Positions 28,168 to 38,909 of a stretch of 64,000 bases of DNA are shown in pieces. The DNA is from Eubacteriales bacterium (GTDB taxonomy: Bacteria > Bacillota > Clostridia > Oscillospirales > CAG-272). Location of the stretch: positions 13,606-77,605 of the forward strand of contig JAZKYO010000100.1 of the NCBI GenBank assembly GCA_045612185.1, written 5' to 3'. Both the position numbers and the translations under genes were made by a program. Below the pieces are notes generated by a model. It made no database searches. It was not told where the DNA came from and saw only the letters and a list, made by a program, of their open reading frames with translations. Position 1 is the first letter of the stretch; every line of letters begins with the position of its first letter.

Positions 28168-28783
28168 ACAGTTAGATCAGATAAACAACGTGCAAGCGGC
28201 GATTGAGGCTATTCTTTACGCCGCGGGATACCCGGTTACTTACGAAAAGCTCTCCGAAGTATTGGGTCTCGCCAAGAAAGACGTCAAGGCTATGGTCAAA
28301 CATATGGCAAGCGAGTTCAACGAAGAAAACTCCAAGCGCGGAATTATGCTTCTTGTATTTGACGACTCCTGCCAATTCTGCACCAAGGAGGTTTTTGCCC
28401 CCTACATACGCGAGGCGCTTGAAATACGCCGCGGAGGCAATCTTTCGGCTTCATCCATGGAAGTACTTACCGTTGTGGCATACAATCAGCCTGTGACCAG
28501 AACCTATATTGATACTATCAGAGGCGTTGACAGTAACTACGCGGTCAACTCGCTTATTGACAAGGAGCTTATTCATGCGGTGGGCAGACTTGACGCCCCC
28601 GGACGTCCCATGCTCTACGGAACTACCGAAAAGTTTCTCAGGGTATTCGGTCTGAACTCACTTTCCGAGCTTCCCAACACAGAGCTTATGTCGCTTGGCA
28701 TTGACGCCTCAGGCGACGTAGATACCACTCAGCTGGTTATGCAAATCCCCACAGAGGAAACTGCCGAAAAGCCCGAGGAATAA
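28160..28783 (+). CDS. scpB: Segregation and condensation protein B
   Basis: AIEAILY, VAYNQPVTR, IRGVDS, GRPMLYGTT; GAGGAGG RBS places the start at 28160. Confidence 0.95.
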   Translation: MSEQLDQINNVQAAIEAILYAAGYPVTYEKLSEVLGLAKKDVKAMVKHMASEFNEENSKRGIMLLVFDDSCQFCTKEVFAPYIREALEIRRGGNLSASSMEVLTVVAYNQPVTRTYIDTIRGVDSNYAVNSLIDKELIHAVGRLDAPGRPMLYGTTEKFLRVFGLNSLSELPNTELMSLGIDASGDVDTTQLVMQIPTEETAEKPEE

Positions 28784-28845
28784 AGGTCACCTAAAGATTG
28801 AACCGACAAAATTCGGTCAATAATCAATCCGAAAGGAATTATTCA

Positions 28846-29472
28846 ATGATAGCGCTTTATATAATAACGGCAGTATTATTACTGCTGCTTGCCATTGCTA
28901 TGTTGCCGATTGCGCTTACCTTAAAATACAAAGATGAGGTTTCGGTACGTCTGTCGCTTTGGGATATAAAACTAAAAGAGTTTCCCAAGAAGAAAAAGAA
29001 AATAAAAATATCCGACTATTCCCAAAAAGCTATCAAAAAGCGGCAGAAAAAAGCCCAAAAGCCACAAAAAGAAAAGCCGAAGTCAAGCGATAAAGCTCAG
29101 ACGCCCAAAAAGGGATTGCTTGACAACCTCGGGCTCATAAAAGAACTTTTGACGGTGATTGTCAAGGGTGTTTGGGGCAAGCTTAAAATTAAAGCTTCAA
29201 AAATAGTGATAACCGTAGCTACCGATGACGCCGCAAAAACAGCAATGCTCTTTCCCGCGGTAAACACCGCTGTACTTGGCATAGTCACATTTTTGGACAA
29301 CGAGTCAAAATTAAAAAGTCTTGACAAATCGGATATCGCGGTGCGCGCCGATTTTACGGCGCAAAAATCCACCGCCGATATTGAAATTTCGTTTTCTATG
29401 CGGTTATGGCAAATACTTGGAATACTTTTTGCCACCGCGTTAAAATACGTATCACAAAAAACAAAAAAATGA
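28846..29472 (+). CDS. YtfI/DUF2953-like membrane-anchored protein
   Basis: N-terminal TM, DDAAKTA motif, position between scpB and ytfJ. Confidence 0.65.
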   Translation: MIALYIITAVLLLLLAIAMLPIALTLKYKDEVSVRLSLWDIKLKEFPKKKKKIKISDYSQKAIKKRQKKAQKPQKEKPKSSDKAQTPKKGLLDNLGLIKELLTVIVKGVWGKLKIKASKIVITVATDDAAKTAMLFPAVNTAVLGIVTFLDNESKLKSLDKSDIAVRADFTAQKSTADIEISFSMRLWQILGILFATALKYVSQKTKK

Positions 29473-29484
29473 GAGGACTATACT

Positions 29485-29967
29485 ATGGCTAACGAAAACA
29501 AATTAGAGGAGATTATACGCACTTCCTTAGAAAACATACGCTCTATGGTAGATGCCAACACCGTAATCGGCACACCCATATCCACAGATAACGGAGTTAC
29601 GGTAATACCGATTTCCAAGGTATCGGTAGGCTATGCTTCTGGAGGATTGGATTTTAACGGAAAGAACAAGCCCGTAGGCGACCCGCAGAATTTCGGTGCG
29701 GGCGGCGGAACCGGTGTTTCGGTTACTCCCGTCGGCTTCCTTGTAGTTAAAAGCAACGGCAACGTTGAGATGATTAACGTGGGACAGGCTCCTGCCGCAA
29801 ATGATCCTCTTGAGCAGATAGTAGCACTTATAGAGCGTTGCCCCGAGCTTATTGGCAGAGTTAAAAAAGTTTTTGCCAAGAAAGACGGCAAAAAAGCCGA
29901 TAACATCGAAATAATCATCGACGAAGAAGCTGACATCGCAGCGGAAGAATCCGAGGAAAACGAATAA
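29485..29967 (+). CDS. ytfJ: Sporulation protein YtfJ/GerW
   Basis: DANTVIGTPI, VIPISKVSVG, FGAGGGTGVSVTPVGFLV. Confidence 0.92.
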   Translation: MANENKLEEIIRTSLENIRSMVDANTVIGTPISTDNGVTVIPISKVSVGYASGGLDFNGKNKPVGDPQNFGAGGGTGVSVTPVGFLVVKSNGNVEMINVGQAPAANDPLEQIVALIERCPELIGRVKKVFAKKDGKKADNIEIIIDEEADIAAEESEENE

Positions 29968-30027
29968 ACGAATAATCCCCCCTTCGTAACAATATATTTT
30001 AATATATTGTTATGTGAGGGGAAAAAA

Positions 30028-31149
30028 ATGAAAAAAACCGTCTGTTTGACTATGGCAGTTATTTGTCTGCTTCCTTTTTTCGCGGTCTTTTCGGTCGCTG
30101 TCGAAGGAATTTCGATTTCCGCAAAAAGTGCCATACTCATCGAAGCCGAAAGCGGAACAGTTCTGTATCAGAAAAACGCCTTTGTCAAGCTTCCGATGGC
30201 TTCGACCACGAAAATTATGACCGCGCTGGTGGCTATCGAAAGCGGAGATATCGACAGAAAAGTTAAAACAGACAGCCGTGCGCGAGGAGTTGAGGGCTCT
30301 TCAATTTATCTCGCGGAGGGAGAGACGCTTACAATGCGACAGCTCATTTACGCGCTGATGCTTGCCTCAGCAAACGACGCGGCGGCGGCTATCGCCTATG
30401 AAGTGTCGGGCGGAATTGATGGTTTTTCCGCGCTGATGAATAAAAAAGCCGAAGAGATTGGGCTTTCCTCCACGCATTTTACCAATCCCCACGGATTACA
30501 CGATAAAGAGCATTACACCACCGCCTCCGACCTAGCCAAGCTGGCGTCAAAAGCCCTTGAAAACGATATTTTCTTTGAAATATGCTCCTCAAAAAGCCAA
30601 AAAATTCCGCTTAACTGCGATGAAGGAGTAAGATACCTAAGCAATCACAACAAGCTTTTGCGGCTTTACAAGGACTGTATAGGCGTTAAAACGGGATTTA
30701 CCAAGGCAAGCGGAAGATGTCTTGTAAGTGCCGCGGAACGCGACGGGCTTAGGCTTGTGGCGGTTACGCTTAACGCCCCCGATGACTGGCGAGACCACAC
30801 CGCTATGCTTGATTTTGGTTTTGAGCGTTACACAAGGCTTACTCTTGCCGTCAAGGGAGAGCTTACAGCTACGCTTCCTGTTATGGGAGGCGATGTTTCC
30901 GAGGTTATAGTCACCAACTCTGAACGGCTCTCGGCATTTCTCCCCAAGGACGGCGGCGACGTCTATTATAAAATTGAGGCAAACCGTCCGCTGATTGCGC
31001 CGATAGCGCGAAATACCAAGGTCGGAAAAATAACCTATTTCAGAGACGGTCAAGAAATAGCCTCTTCCCCGCTTTTGGCGGTAAGCGAGGTAAAAGCCGT
31101 GCAGAAAAAAAACTTTTTTTTCGATTGGTTGAAAGGACTTTTTTACTAA
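30028..31149 (+). CDS. dacB: D-alanyl-D-alanine carboxypeptidase (S11, DacB-like)
   Basis: STTK, SAN and KTG motifs; signal peptide; conserved ytfJ-dacB-rluB order. Confidence 0.8.
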   Translation: MKKTVCLTMAVICLLPFFAVFSVAVEGISISAKSAILIEAESGTVLYQKNAFVKLPMASTTKIMTALVAIESGDIDRKVKTDSRARGVEGSSIYLAEGETLTMRQLIYALMLASANDAAAAIAYEVSGGIDGFSALMNKKAEEIGLSSTHFTNPHGLHDKEHYTTASDLAKLASKALENDIFFEICSSKSQKIPLNCDEGVRYLSNHNKLLRLYKDCIGVKTGFTKASGRCLVSAAERDGLRLVAVTLNAPDDWRDHTAMLDFGFERYTRLTLAVKGELTATLPVMGGDVSEVIVTNSERLSAFLPKDGGDVYYKIEANRPLIAPIARNTKVGKITYFRDGQEIASSPLLAVSEVKAVQKKNFFFDWLKGLFY

Positions 31150-31163
31150 AAGCTAAGAAATTT

Positions 31164-31898
31164 ATGGAACAAATAAGACTGCAAAAATTTTTTACCGACT
31201 GCGGTATTCTTTCCAGACGCGCGGCTGAGGCTGAAATTGCGGCCGGAAAGGTAAAGGTAAACGGTGAAATTGCCGAAATCGGGCAGAAAATAGACCCCGA
31301 AAACGACGTTGTCGAATACAAGGGAAAAATAATAAACACCTACGAAAAACCGCACTTCACCTATATTATGCTCAACAAACCGCGCGGATATCTTTCAAGC
31401 GTTACCGATGACCGTGGGCGCAAATGCGTTACAGAGTTGGTTGAGGGGGCGGGTGTAAGGCTGTACCCCATAGGGAGGCTTGACATGGACTCCGACGGCT
31501 TGTTGCTTATGACTAATGACGGAGAGCTTACAAACAAGCTGACTCACCCCAAACATGAAATCCCAAAAATTTATCACGTAAGAATCAAGGGCGCGGTAAG
31601 CGAAGAACTGATTAAAGAGCTTTCCAAGCCTATGGAAATAGACGGATACACTATTTTACCGGTAGAAACCCACCCCGTCACCGTAAAACAGGACTTTTCG
31701 GTGCTTGAGATGACGCTTTACGAGGGCAGAAACCGCCAAATAAGAAAAATGTGCGACAAAGTTGGACTTAAGATTCTGAGACTTTGCCGCGTAGCCGTCG
31801 GAAACATAAAACTTGGAGATTTAGCCCCCGGAAAGTGGCGCTATTTAACCAAAACTCAAGTATCATACTTAAAAGGCCCAAAGCAGAAAGGAAATTGA
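31164..31898 (+). CDS. rluB: 23S rRNA pseudouridine synthase
   Basis: S4 domain RLQKF..SRR, GRLDMDSDGLLL, EGRNRQIRKM. Confidence 0.88.
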   Translation: MEQIRLQKFFTDCGILSRRAAEAEIAAGKVKVNGEIAEIGQKIDPENDVVEYKGKIINTYEKPHFTYIMLNKPRGYLSSVTDDRGRKCVTELVEGAGVRLYPIGRLDMDSDGLLLMTNDGELTNKLTHPKHEIPKIYHVRIKGAVSEELIKELSKPMEIDGYTILPVETHPVTVKQDFSVLEMTLYEGRNRQIRKMCDKVGLKILRLCRVAVGNIKLGDLAPGKWRYLTKTQVSYLKGPKQKGN

Positions 31899-31899
31899 A

Positions 31900-32322
31900 A
31901 TGCTTAAAGTTTTACCTATACAGACAAAAGAGGAGCAGGAAATAGCCGCCTCAAGATGCGGTATCAGCTTCAGACCCGATGCCCTCGCATACGCCGCAAC
32001 GGTTGACGATGTTTTTGTAGGCGTGGGGCAGTTCAAGCTCACTCCAAACGGCGGTGAGGTTTACGACATCGCCCTTCTCCCCGACAAAGAGGATTTTGAG
32101 GCAACCTTTGTTATGGGACGCGCCATGCTCAACTTTATAGACCTGTGCGGTGTTCATTACGCAAAATATCTTTCCGACAAGGTTGACGACACACTTCTGC
32201 GCGCCATTGGCTTTGAGAAAAATGATGACGGAATCTACGATATTGACCTTACCGATTTCTTCAAGCACCCATGTCAACACCATAAAAACGGACCTAATCC
32301 TTGTGACACGCCCAAGAAATAA
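31900..32322 (+). CDS. Hypothetical protein (possible degenerate GNAT fold)
   Basis: 140-aa ORF abutting rluB, AAAGGA RBS. Confidence 0.7.
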   Translation: MLKVLPIQTKEEQEIAASRCGISFRPDALAYAATVDDVFVGVGQFKLTPNGGEVYDIALLPDKEDFEATFVMGRAMLNFIDLCGVHYAKYLSDKVDDTLLRAIGFEKNDDGIYDIDLTDFFKHPCQHHKNGPNPCDTPKK

Positions 32323-32450
32323 TCGGTTTCGACAGCATTTTACCAAATAATACTTGATTTTTTCTCTTTTTACAACAAGCTCTGCTTTAATTGTCAATTT
32401 TTACCAATTAAAGCAGGGCATTTTTGTTTATTATTTCGACTGGAAACCAC

Positions 32451-32479
32451 TTGCAATTTTTACCAATTTATGGTAAAAT
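32451..32479 (+). promoter_or_regulatory. Sigma-A promoter of spo0A; 0A box (TTCGACA) upstream at 32328-32334
   Basis: TTGCAA-17-TAAAAT with TG extension. Confidence 0.65.
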
Positions 32480-32519
32480 ATAGCAGTAAACCAAATTACT
32501 CAACATAAAGGAGAAAATC

Positions 32520-33299
32520 ATGACAAACCCAAACGCCAAAATTCTTATCGCAGACGAAAACCCCATGCAAAGACAGTCGCTTAAGGACGGACTTAGAAAC
32601 GCGGGCTACCGCAACATTGACGATGCCGCCAATGGCGAGGACGCGCTGGTAAAAATAAACAGATATCACCCCGACATCGTCTTAATAGACCTTTGCCTCT
32701 CAAAGCTTGACGGTATAGGAGTTCTCAGAAACAGCAAGCAGATAAATTTCGGCAACGACGCCGCCCCTGCTTTTATCATTTTCTCGGTATTCGCCAACTC
32801 CAACACCTTTCTTGAGGCGGCAAACGCGGGTGCGGAGCTTTGCCTTATGAAGCCATACAATATCGGAAGTCTGTGCGAACACATAGAAGCTATTCTTCGC
32901 AACAGAGAAAAAGGCATTACCGCAAGCACCGCCGAAAATCAAGCGCCCGATATTGAAACCCAGGTAACAAAAATCATTCATCAAATCGGTGTACCCGCGC
33001 ACATAAAGGGCTATCAGTACCTCCGAAGTGCGATTATGATGACCATAAAGGACTCGGACATCATAAATTCCGTGACCAAGGTTCTCTACCCCACCGTGGC
33101 AAAGCAGTATCAGACCACCACAAGCCGCGTGGAGCGCGCCATTCGCCACGCCATTGAGGTTGCGTGGGACAGAGGCGACGTTGATACCCTCAACTCCTAT
33201 TTCGGCTACACTATACAGAACAACCGCGGAAAGCCCACAAATTCGGAATTTATCGCCATGATTGCCGATAACCTGAGACTTAAATACAAAATCAAATAA
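32520..33299 (+). CDS. spo0A: Sporulation master regulator Spo0A
   Basis: Receiver domain plus [41 protein letters not shown]. Confidence 0.98.
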   Translation: MTNPNAKILIADENPMQRQSLKDGLRNAGYRNIDDAANGEDALVKINRYHPDIVLIDLCLSKLDGIGVLRNSKQINFGNDAAPAFIIFSVFANSNTFLEAANAGAELCLMKPYNIGSLCEHIEAILRNREKGITASTAENQAPDIETQVTKIIHQIGVPAHIKGYQYLRSAIMMTIKDSDIINSVTKVLYPTVAKQYQTTTSRVERAIRHAIEVAWDRGDVDTLNSYFGYTIQNNRGKPTNSEFIAMIADNLRLKYKIK

Positions 33300-33627
33300 A
33301 TATAAAAAAAGAACTGAGTCATTAGGGTCGTACCCTAAAGGACAGTTTTGCAAGAATACGGTATATCTCGAAAGAGGTATGCCGTATTTTTGTATTTGTG
33401 GATACAAATGCAGTGCTTGTCAAGAAAAAATGATGTCGTTAAATTCACGCTCTTTTTCAAAAAGTAAAAAGCCAAAACATAGTTTAAAATCTTAACAGGC
33501 GTAGTGAATTTGCTACGCCCTATCTGTTTGTCATACGAAATAGACCCATCACCAAGGTAGATTGTCCGCATAAGTCCAACAAAGTCCTTAAAAGTACATA
33601 TAAATAACAAAAGTTCCTCAAAAGGTC

Positions 33628-33656
33628 TTTACATTCCAAAATAATTGTGATATAAT
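33628..33656 (+). promoter_or_regulatory. Sigma-A promoter of the R-M cassette
   Basis: TTTACA-17-TATAAT with TG extension. Confidence 0.75.
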
Positions 33657-33688
33657 TATTTTGTATATCATTGTTTTAGGAGGATTTT

Positions 33689-33886
33689 ATGACAGAGGAG
33701 CTATTTACGGTCTTACAAGCTGCTGAATATTTGCAAGTTTGTGAAAAAACTGTTCGTAGACTTATTAATTCTAAAACACTTGCCGCGTCGAAGGTGGGCA
33801 AAAGCTGGAGAATAAAAAAGTCTGATATAGATAATTATTTATCCGCGACATCAAATTTATCGAAAGGAGCAATCGTCAATGAGTGA
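33689..33886 (+). CDS. Excisionase-family (HTH_17) DNA-binding protein
   Basis: FTVLQAAEYLQVCEKTVRRLI...KVGKSWRI winged-HTH pattern. Confidence 0.85.
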   Translation: MTEELFTVLQAAEYLQVCEKTVRRLINSKTLAASKVGKSWRIKKSDIDNYLSATSNLSKGAIVNE

Positions 33887-36476
33887 AGAATTGATTCAAC
33901 GCAATTTGGTAGAAGCTCCCGAGAAAATGGGAGATTGGAATTTTTATAATATAGGCGCTACCTCTCTTAAAGCATTAAAGGGTGCAAAAATTATACCTGA
34001 TCGCGACTATGAAGAGTATGAAAGCAAAAAGCCAGATGCGCTTATTGTGAAAAAACCTTTGGTTATTGCGGCTATCGAGTACAAAAAGCCATCCGAACTT
34101 CGCACGGAAAAGCAAATTGAAAAAGCAATTGCTCAAGAACTTGGTACAGCTCAAGCACTACAAGCCAAAATTTACATTGTAACTGATGGTAAAAAATCAT
34201 TTTGGATTAATCCTGCAACGGGTAAAGAAATCATCCAAGAGGATGGAAGTAAAATAACCTTTAACTTTGATAAGAGAAGCACGGATTGTATTACATTAAT
34301 TAATAAGATTCGTTCTTCCATAAGTGCGACAAACGATCAACTTAAGGAAGCTGCTTCTGTTGACCCTCTGCCTCTCGCTGAAAAGGTTTGGCAAGATTTG
34401 TGGGCGGTTTCCGGTGCGACGCCAGAAAACTGCTTGTATACCTTTGTTGAGATCTTCATATTCAAATATTTGAGTGACCTTAGTGTGCTCAAAGGAATGT
34501 ATTCGTTCTATAATTTGCTCGGAATGTATTCAGGTAATAACGAAAATGAAGTTTTGGAATACTATGCTTCTACGGTTCGTGTTAAGATCAAAGAACTGTT
34601 TCCCGGCAACCCTAAAGATAAGACTACTATTATAAACGGGACGATTTTTGTTTCTAAAGATGACAAGGCTGTTTCGGGATATGCAACGGTCTTTCACAAG
34701 ATACTTAAACGATTTAATGAGTTCGGAACACTTGAAAATATCGACTATGATTTTAAGAGTAAGCTTTTTGAAACGTTCTTAAAGGAATCTATCAGCAAGA
34801 AGAATTGGGGACAATATTTTACTCCTTTGAAGGTTGTAAGAGCTATCGTAAATATGGTAGAGCTTACTTCGGGTATGGAAATATGCGACCCCGCTTGTGG
34901 TGTTGGAAAGTTCCTTCTTGAGCCTATTTTACACGACTTGCATAAATTCTATCTTGTGCAGGGTGATGAGTTAAAGCCGCAGATTACGCTTTATGGTTAT
35001 GACAAGGGCTTTGATAAGGATGAACAAAAAACCATTATCTTGGCAAAAGCGAATATGCTGATTTATATGTCTGGTATGATTCGCGAGCATCCCGATATGA
35101 CCCAAAAGTTTGCGCAACTTTTTAATGACACGTTCCTATTGCAGACCAACTCAATTTTAGGAACATTGGCTAAGCCGATAGAGGATAAATTTGATTTGAT
35201 TCTGACAAATCCGCCGTATGTTATGAGCGGAAGTAGCAATTTAAAAGAAGAAATTGCGAAGCAAGATGAACTCAAAAAGTATTTTTCTGTCAGCGCTATG
35301 GGTATCGAAGGTCTGTTTATGGAGTGGATCGTTCGTGCATTAAAGCCGGGTGGAAAGGCTTTTGTGGTTGTTCCCGATGGTATTATGAATCGTAGCAACG
35401 ACAAGAAGCTTAGAGATTTTATTCTTGAAAAATGTAATATCGATGCGGTTATTTCTCTTCCGCTTAACACTTTCTTTACGACTAATAAGAAAACGTATAT
35501 TCTTGCCTTAACGAAAAAAACAACTGTAAATATCGGTGGAATAGAAACCCTTGAAAGGCAGACTACTCCTGTATTCACATATCTTTGCTCTGAAATCGGC
35601 GAAACAAGGGATGTATATCGTTTCGATATAGATCAAAACGATTTGGAAACTGCTTCTGACTTGTTCAATATGTTCAAAGGTGCAAAAACAAAATTCAAGA
35701 CATCGGATAAGCGCTGTAAAATTGTTGGTATCGACGATTTTTACAATGGTAGCCATTGGTCTGTTGATAGGTGGTGGTCGGACGAAGAAAAAATCGAATT
35801 GGGAATTAATGACGAGGAATCTGTGGTAACAATTGATTCTTTTGCCTCAATGTTGGGTGATGTTTCGAATTCACTTTTGGAGTGTCAAGATTTAATATCT
35901 GGTTTCAATATCGACAATAGTCAGAGCACTAAAACTATTAAACTAACAGATGAAGAATATTTTCACTTTTTCCAGAAAGAACAACTTGGGAAAACCAAAA
36001 GCGAGCTAATAAAATTGCCTACTGGAAATATTCCTGTATATACAGCAAATAAAGAACCGATATTATATATAGCCAGAACAACGAAAGATCCTATTTTCGC
36101 TTCTCAGGATGAACCTATAATATCGTTTGCAAACGACGGCGATGGTTCAGCCGGACGTAATTTTGTTTTGCATTTAGAGCCATTCTATATTAATGCTAGC
36201 CGTACTGCGTTTAAACTTATAGATTCAAATATTTTACCTGAATATGTGTTGAGCCAGATATTCGATATGAAAGAAAAATATGGATTCAACTATGGTTTTA
36301 AGGCAAACAAAAATAATCTGGCTGTTGTTACAATAGAAGTTCCGATTAATGATGATGGTGAATTTGATGTGGTTGCGCAAAAACAAATCGCAGCCAAACA
36401 TTCCGCTATTCAACAATGCAAGCAAGAAATTTCAGAAAAATTGAACGCGTTATTAGGACAAAAAATAAATATATGA
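33879..36476 (+). CDS. Fused restriction endonuclease / N6-adenine methyltransferase / specificity-domain protein (type IIG-like)
   Basis: N-terminal PD...EYK nuclease motif, GQYFTP, DPACGVGKFL, NPPY, C-terminal HsdS-like TRD. Confidence 0.85.
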   Translation: MSEELIQRNLVEAPEKMGDWNFYNIGATSLKALKGAKIIPDRDYEEYESKKPDALIVKKPLVIAAIEYKKPSELRTEKQIEKAIAQELGTAQALQAKIYIVTDGKKSFWINPATGKEIIQEDGSKITFNFDKRSTDCITLINKIRSSISATNDQLKEAASVDPLPLAEKVWQDLWAVSGATPENCLYTFVEIFIFKYLSDLSVLKGMYSFYNLLGMYSGNNENEVLEYYASTVRVKIKELFPGNPKDKTTIINGTIFVSKDDKAVSGYATVFHKILKRFNEFGTLENIDYDFKSKLFETFLKESISKKNWGQYFTPLKVVRAIVNMVELTSGMEICDPACGVGKFLLEPILHDLHKFYLVQGDELKPQITLYGYDKGFDKDEQKTIILAKANMLIYMSGMIREHPDMTQKFAQLFNDTFLLQTNSILGTLAKPIEDKFDLILTNPPYVMSGSSNLKEEIAKQDELKKYFSVSAMGIEGLFMEWIVRALKPGGKAFVVVPDGIMNRSNDKKLRDFILEKCNIDAVISLPLNTFFTTNKKTYILALTKKTTVNIGGIETLERQTTPVFTYLCSEIGETRDVYRFDIDQNDLETASDLFNMFKGAKTKFKTSDKRCKIVGIDDFYNGSHWSVDRWWSDEEKIELGINDEESVVTIDSFASMLGDVSNSLLECQDLISGFNIDNSQSTKTIKLTDEEYFHFFQKEQLGKTKSELIKLPTGNIPVYTANKEPILYIARTTKDPIFASQDEPIISFANDGDGSAGRNFVLHLEPFYINASRTAFKLIDSNILPEYVLSQIFDMKEKYGFNYGFKANKNNLAVVTIEVPINDDGEFDVVAQKQIAAKHSAIQQCKQEISEKLNALLGQKINI

Positions 36477-36553
36477 CTTTCTGTTAAGTTCAAATTAGCC
36501 GCTATCAAAGCGTGATACACACGCCGCGATAGCGGCTTTTCCATGTCAAAAGT

Positions 36554-36585
36554 AAAAGCATCGTATTTCAAGATACGATGCTTTT
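36554..36585. terminator. Bidirectional terminator at the right end of the cassette
   Basis: AAAAGCATCGTAT-TTCAAG-ATACGATGCTTTT. Confidence 0.75.
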
Positions 36586-36658
36586 GTGGTATTGCCTTCG
36601 CAATGCTCATAATTATTAAATTCTAAAAAACTGTCCTTAAGAGCACATTCCGTTCGAC

Positions 36659-37243
36659 TCAGTTCTTTTTTATGCGCACAGCGCAGAGCTTCAGCCTCAT
36701 TATTTCTTCGTTTTTAGCTGAGAATTTAAAGCTTGACGCTTCGCCGTTTATAACCGCGGTACAGGTACATTTGTTGCCGTTACACTCAAAGCTTACGCTG
36801 TCGAAAACCATAGTGTTATAGGTTTTGATTTTAAAATCAAAAACTCTGATTTTGCCCTTTTCGTAAACCGCGATTCCACGGTAAACCGATGCGTATATCA
36901 CAAACAGCCCCACAAGCGCGCCTAAAATCACAAACGAGATTTTAAGCACGGCGCTTTCAAGCATAGCAACGGCAATAACAAGGCCTAAAAACGCCAATAT
37001 CACCGCCACCACTACCGCAAACACTACACCGCCGTCAACAAAGCAATAAAATATTCTTGGATTAACAGTTTCAAAATAGAATATTATGTTATAGATTACA
37101 AACGCGCTTATGAAAACGGTAAGCCAATATTCGGGGCTTGTGTAGGACTCGTAAAAGTTCATTCTGTCGGTGAAAGGATAGACCACACCGAGAATCAGCG
37201 TGTAAACAAGCAATTTTGCAAGATATGCCAATACTTTTTTCAT
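36659..37243 (-). CDS. Hypothetical membrane protein (about 4 TM)
   Basis: Hydrophobic ORF at the distal end of the his operon. Confidence 0.7.
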   Translation of the reverse strand: MKKVLAYLAKLLVYTLILGVVYPFTDRMNFYESYTSPEYWLTVFISAFVIYNIIFYFETVNPRIFYCFVDGGVVFAVVVAVILAFLGLVIAVAMLESAVLKISFVILGALVGLFVIYASVYRGIAVYEKGKIRVFDFKIKTYNTMVFDSVSFECNGNKCTCTAVINGEASSFKFSAKNEEIMRLKLCAVRIKKN

Positions 37244-37247
37244 ATAA

Positions 37248-38606
37248 TCAGTTTTTAAGGCTGTGGATAGGCGCGGGGATTCGTCCGCCACGTGCGATAA
37301 AAGCCTCGGAGGAATTTTGGTTAAGCTTCATAATAGGAGCGTAACCGAGAAGTCCACCAAACTCTACCGACTCGCCAACTCCCTTTCCGTGTACGGGAAT
37401 AACGCGCACGGCGGTGGTCTTATTATTGACAACGCCTATGGCAATCTCGTCCGCGATGATCGCGCTAAGCGTGGATGCGGGGGTATCACCGGGAACTGCG
37501 AACATATCAAGTCCAACAGAGCAAACCGCGGTCATTGCCTCAAGCTTTTCAAGCGACAGCGAGCCACACTCTACGGCGTGAATCATGCCCGCATCCTCAG
37601 AAACGGGAATAAACGCGCCCGAAAGGCCGCCTACGTGCGAGGAAGCCATTACGCCGCCCTTTTTAACCGCGTCGTTAAGCATGGCAAGCGCAGCGGTCGT
37701 TCCATGAGTACCGCAGCATTCAAGCCCCATATTCTCAAGAATATGCGCCACGCTATCTCCCTGCGCGGGTGTGGGCGCAAGCGATAGGTCTACTATGCCG
37801 TAGGGTGTGTCAAGTCTCTTGGACGCCTCGTAAGCGATAAGCTGACCTACGCGGGTAATTTTAAACGCAATTTTTTTAATAGTCTCGGCAAGCGTACCAA
37901 AGTCACAGTCTCCCGCTTTTTTAACCGCGCAAGCCACAACTCCGGGACCAGAAACGCCAACGTTGATAACCGTGTCGGGTTCGCCAATTCCGTGAAGCGC
38001 GCCCGCCATAAAGGGGTTATCCTCGGGTACGTTTGCAAAAACAACAAGCTTAGCGCAGCCTATCGAGTCGTTTTCCTTCGTAAGGTACGCCGTCTTTTTT
38101 ATAACCTCGCCCATAAGCTTTACCGCGTCCATATTTATGCCCGCCTTGGTGGTTGCCACGTTTACGGAAGAACAAACGCAGGCGGTGGTTGCGAGCGCCT
38201 CGGGAATAGATTCTATAAGGTTCTTTGCTCCTATTGTCATTCCCTTTTGTACAAGCGCCGAATAGCCGCCTATAAAGTTGATTCCAAGTGTATCGGCAGC
38301 GCGCTGGAGGGTATGCGCCAATCTGACGTATCCATCGGGGCCAATAGAGCCGCCAATCATCGAAATCGGAGTTACCGAAACCCGTTTATTGATGATCGGA
38401 ACGCCGTAGCTTTTTTCCATATCCTCGCAAACGCTTACCAGCTTTTCAGCTTTTTTGGTTATCTTATCGTAAATTTTGGTTTCAAGTCTTGATAAGTCGT
38501 CGCTTACGCAATCGAGAAGCGAAATGCCCATAGTTACGGTACGGACATCAAGATTCTCCTCACTTATCATATGAATAGTTTCAAGAATATCAGACGTATT
38601 AAGCAT
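37248..38606 (-). CDS. UPF0210/DUF711 PFL-like family protein
   Basis: [39 protein letters not shown]. Confidence 0.93.
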   Translation of the reverse strand: MLNTSDILETIHMISEENLDVRTVTMGISLLDCVSDDLSRLETKIYDKITKKAEKLVSVCEDMEKSYGVPIINKRVSVTPISMIGGSIGPDGYVRLAHTLQRAADTLGINFIGGYSALVQKGMTIGAKNLIESIPEALATTACVCSSVNVATTKAGINMDAVKLMGEVIKKTAYLTKENDSIGCAKLVVFANVPEDNPFMAGALHGIGEPDTVINVGVSGPGVVACAVKKAGDCDFGTLAETIKKIAFKITRVGQLIAYEASKRLDTPYGIVDLSLAPTPAQGDSVAHILENMGLECCGTHGTTAALAMLNDAVKKGGVMASSHVGGLSGAFIPVSEDAGMIHAVECGSLSLEKLEAMTAVCSVGLDMFAVPGDTPASTLSAIIADEIAIGVVNNKTTAVRVIPVHGKGVGESVEFGGLLGYAPIMKLNQNSSEAFIARGGRIPAPIHSLKN

Positions 38607-38617
38607 TTTTACACCTC

Positions 38618-38887
38618 TTATATTCTGTGCATGGAATTAAAAATATCCTCATGCATAGCACGGATATCAAGTTTTTTACTCTTGCCAAGCTCTGCGAGAG
38701 CCTCCGCAAAATTTGCGAAAGGAACACCAAGCTCCTTGATGTCGACAAGCATTATCATCGCGAAATACTCGTGAAGAACGCTCTGGCTGATTTCAAGAAT
38801 ATTGCCGCCGAATTTTGCGCACTCCGCGCTGACCGCGGCGATAATTCCTACCGTGTCTTTTCCTGTTACTGTTACAACTGCTTTCAT
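38618..38887 (-). CDS. ACT domain protein (UPF0237)
   Basis: [16 protein letters not shown]...[11 protein letters not shown]; GGAGG RBS; known pairing with DUF711. Confidence 0.92.
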   Translation of the reverse strand: MKAVVTVTGKDTVGIIAAVSAECAKFGGNILEISQSVLHEYFAMIMLVDIKELGVPFANFAEALAELGKSKKLDIRAMHEDIFNSMHRI

Positions 38888-38909
38888 TTTATTCCTCCAA
38901 AAATTAAAT

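Larger units (their letters stand above)
33302..36673. mobile_element. Recombinase-less R-M cassette bounded by attL/attR-like sites
   Basis: Ends 33302-33357 and 36620-36673 are inverted copies of AAAAAAGAACTGAGTC-N14-CTWAAGGACAGTTTT; interior is visibly more AT-rich. Confidence 0.7.

Noticed and set aside
33335-33610. 91-aa minus-strand ORF inside the R-M cassette as a recombinase remnant
   Set aside because: No recognisable recombinase motif or RBS
33302-36673. Whole R-M cassette as an invertible segment or IS with terminal inverted repeats
   Set aside because: The 14-bp centres of the two ends are not inverted copies, and there is no transposase or target duplication; attL/attR geometry fits better
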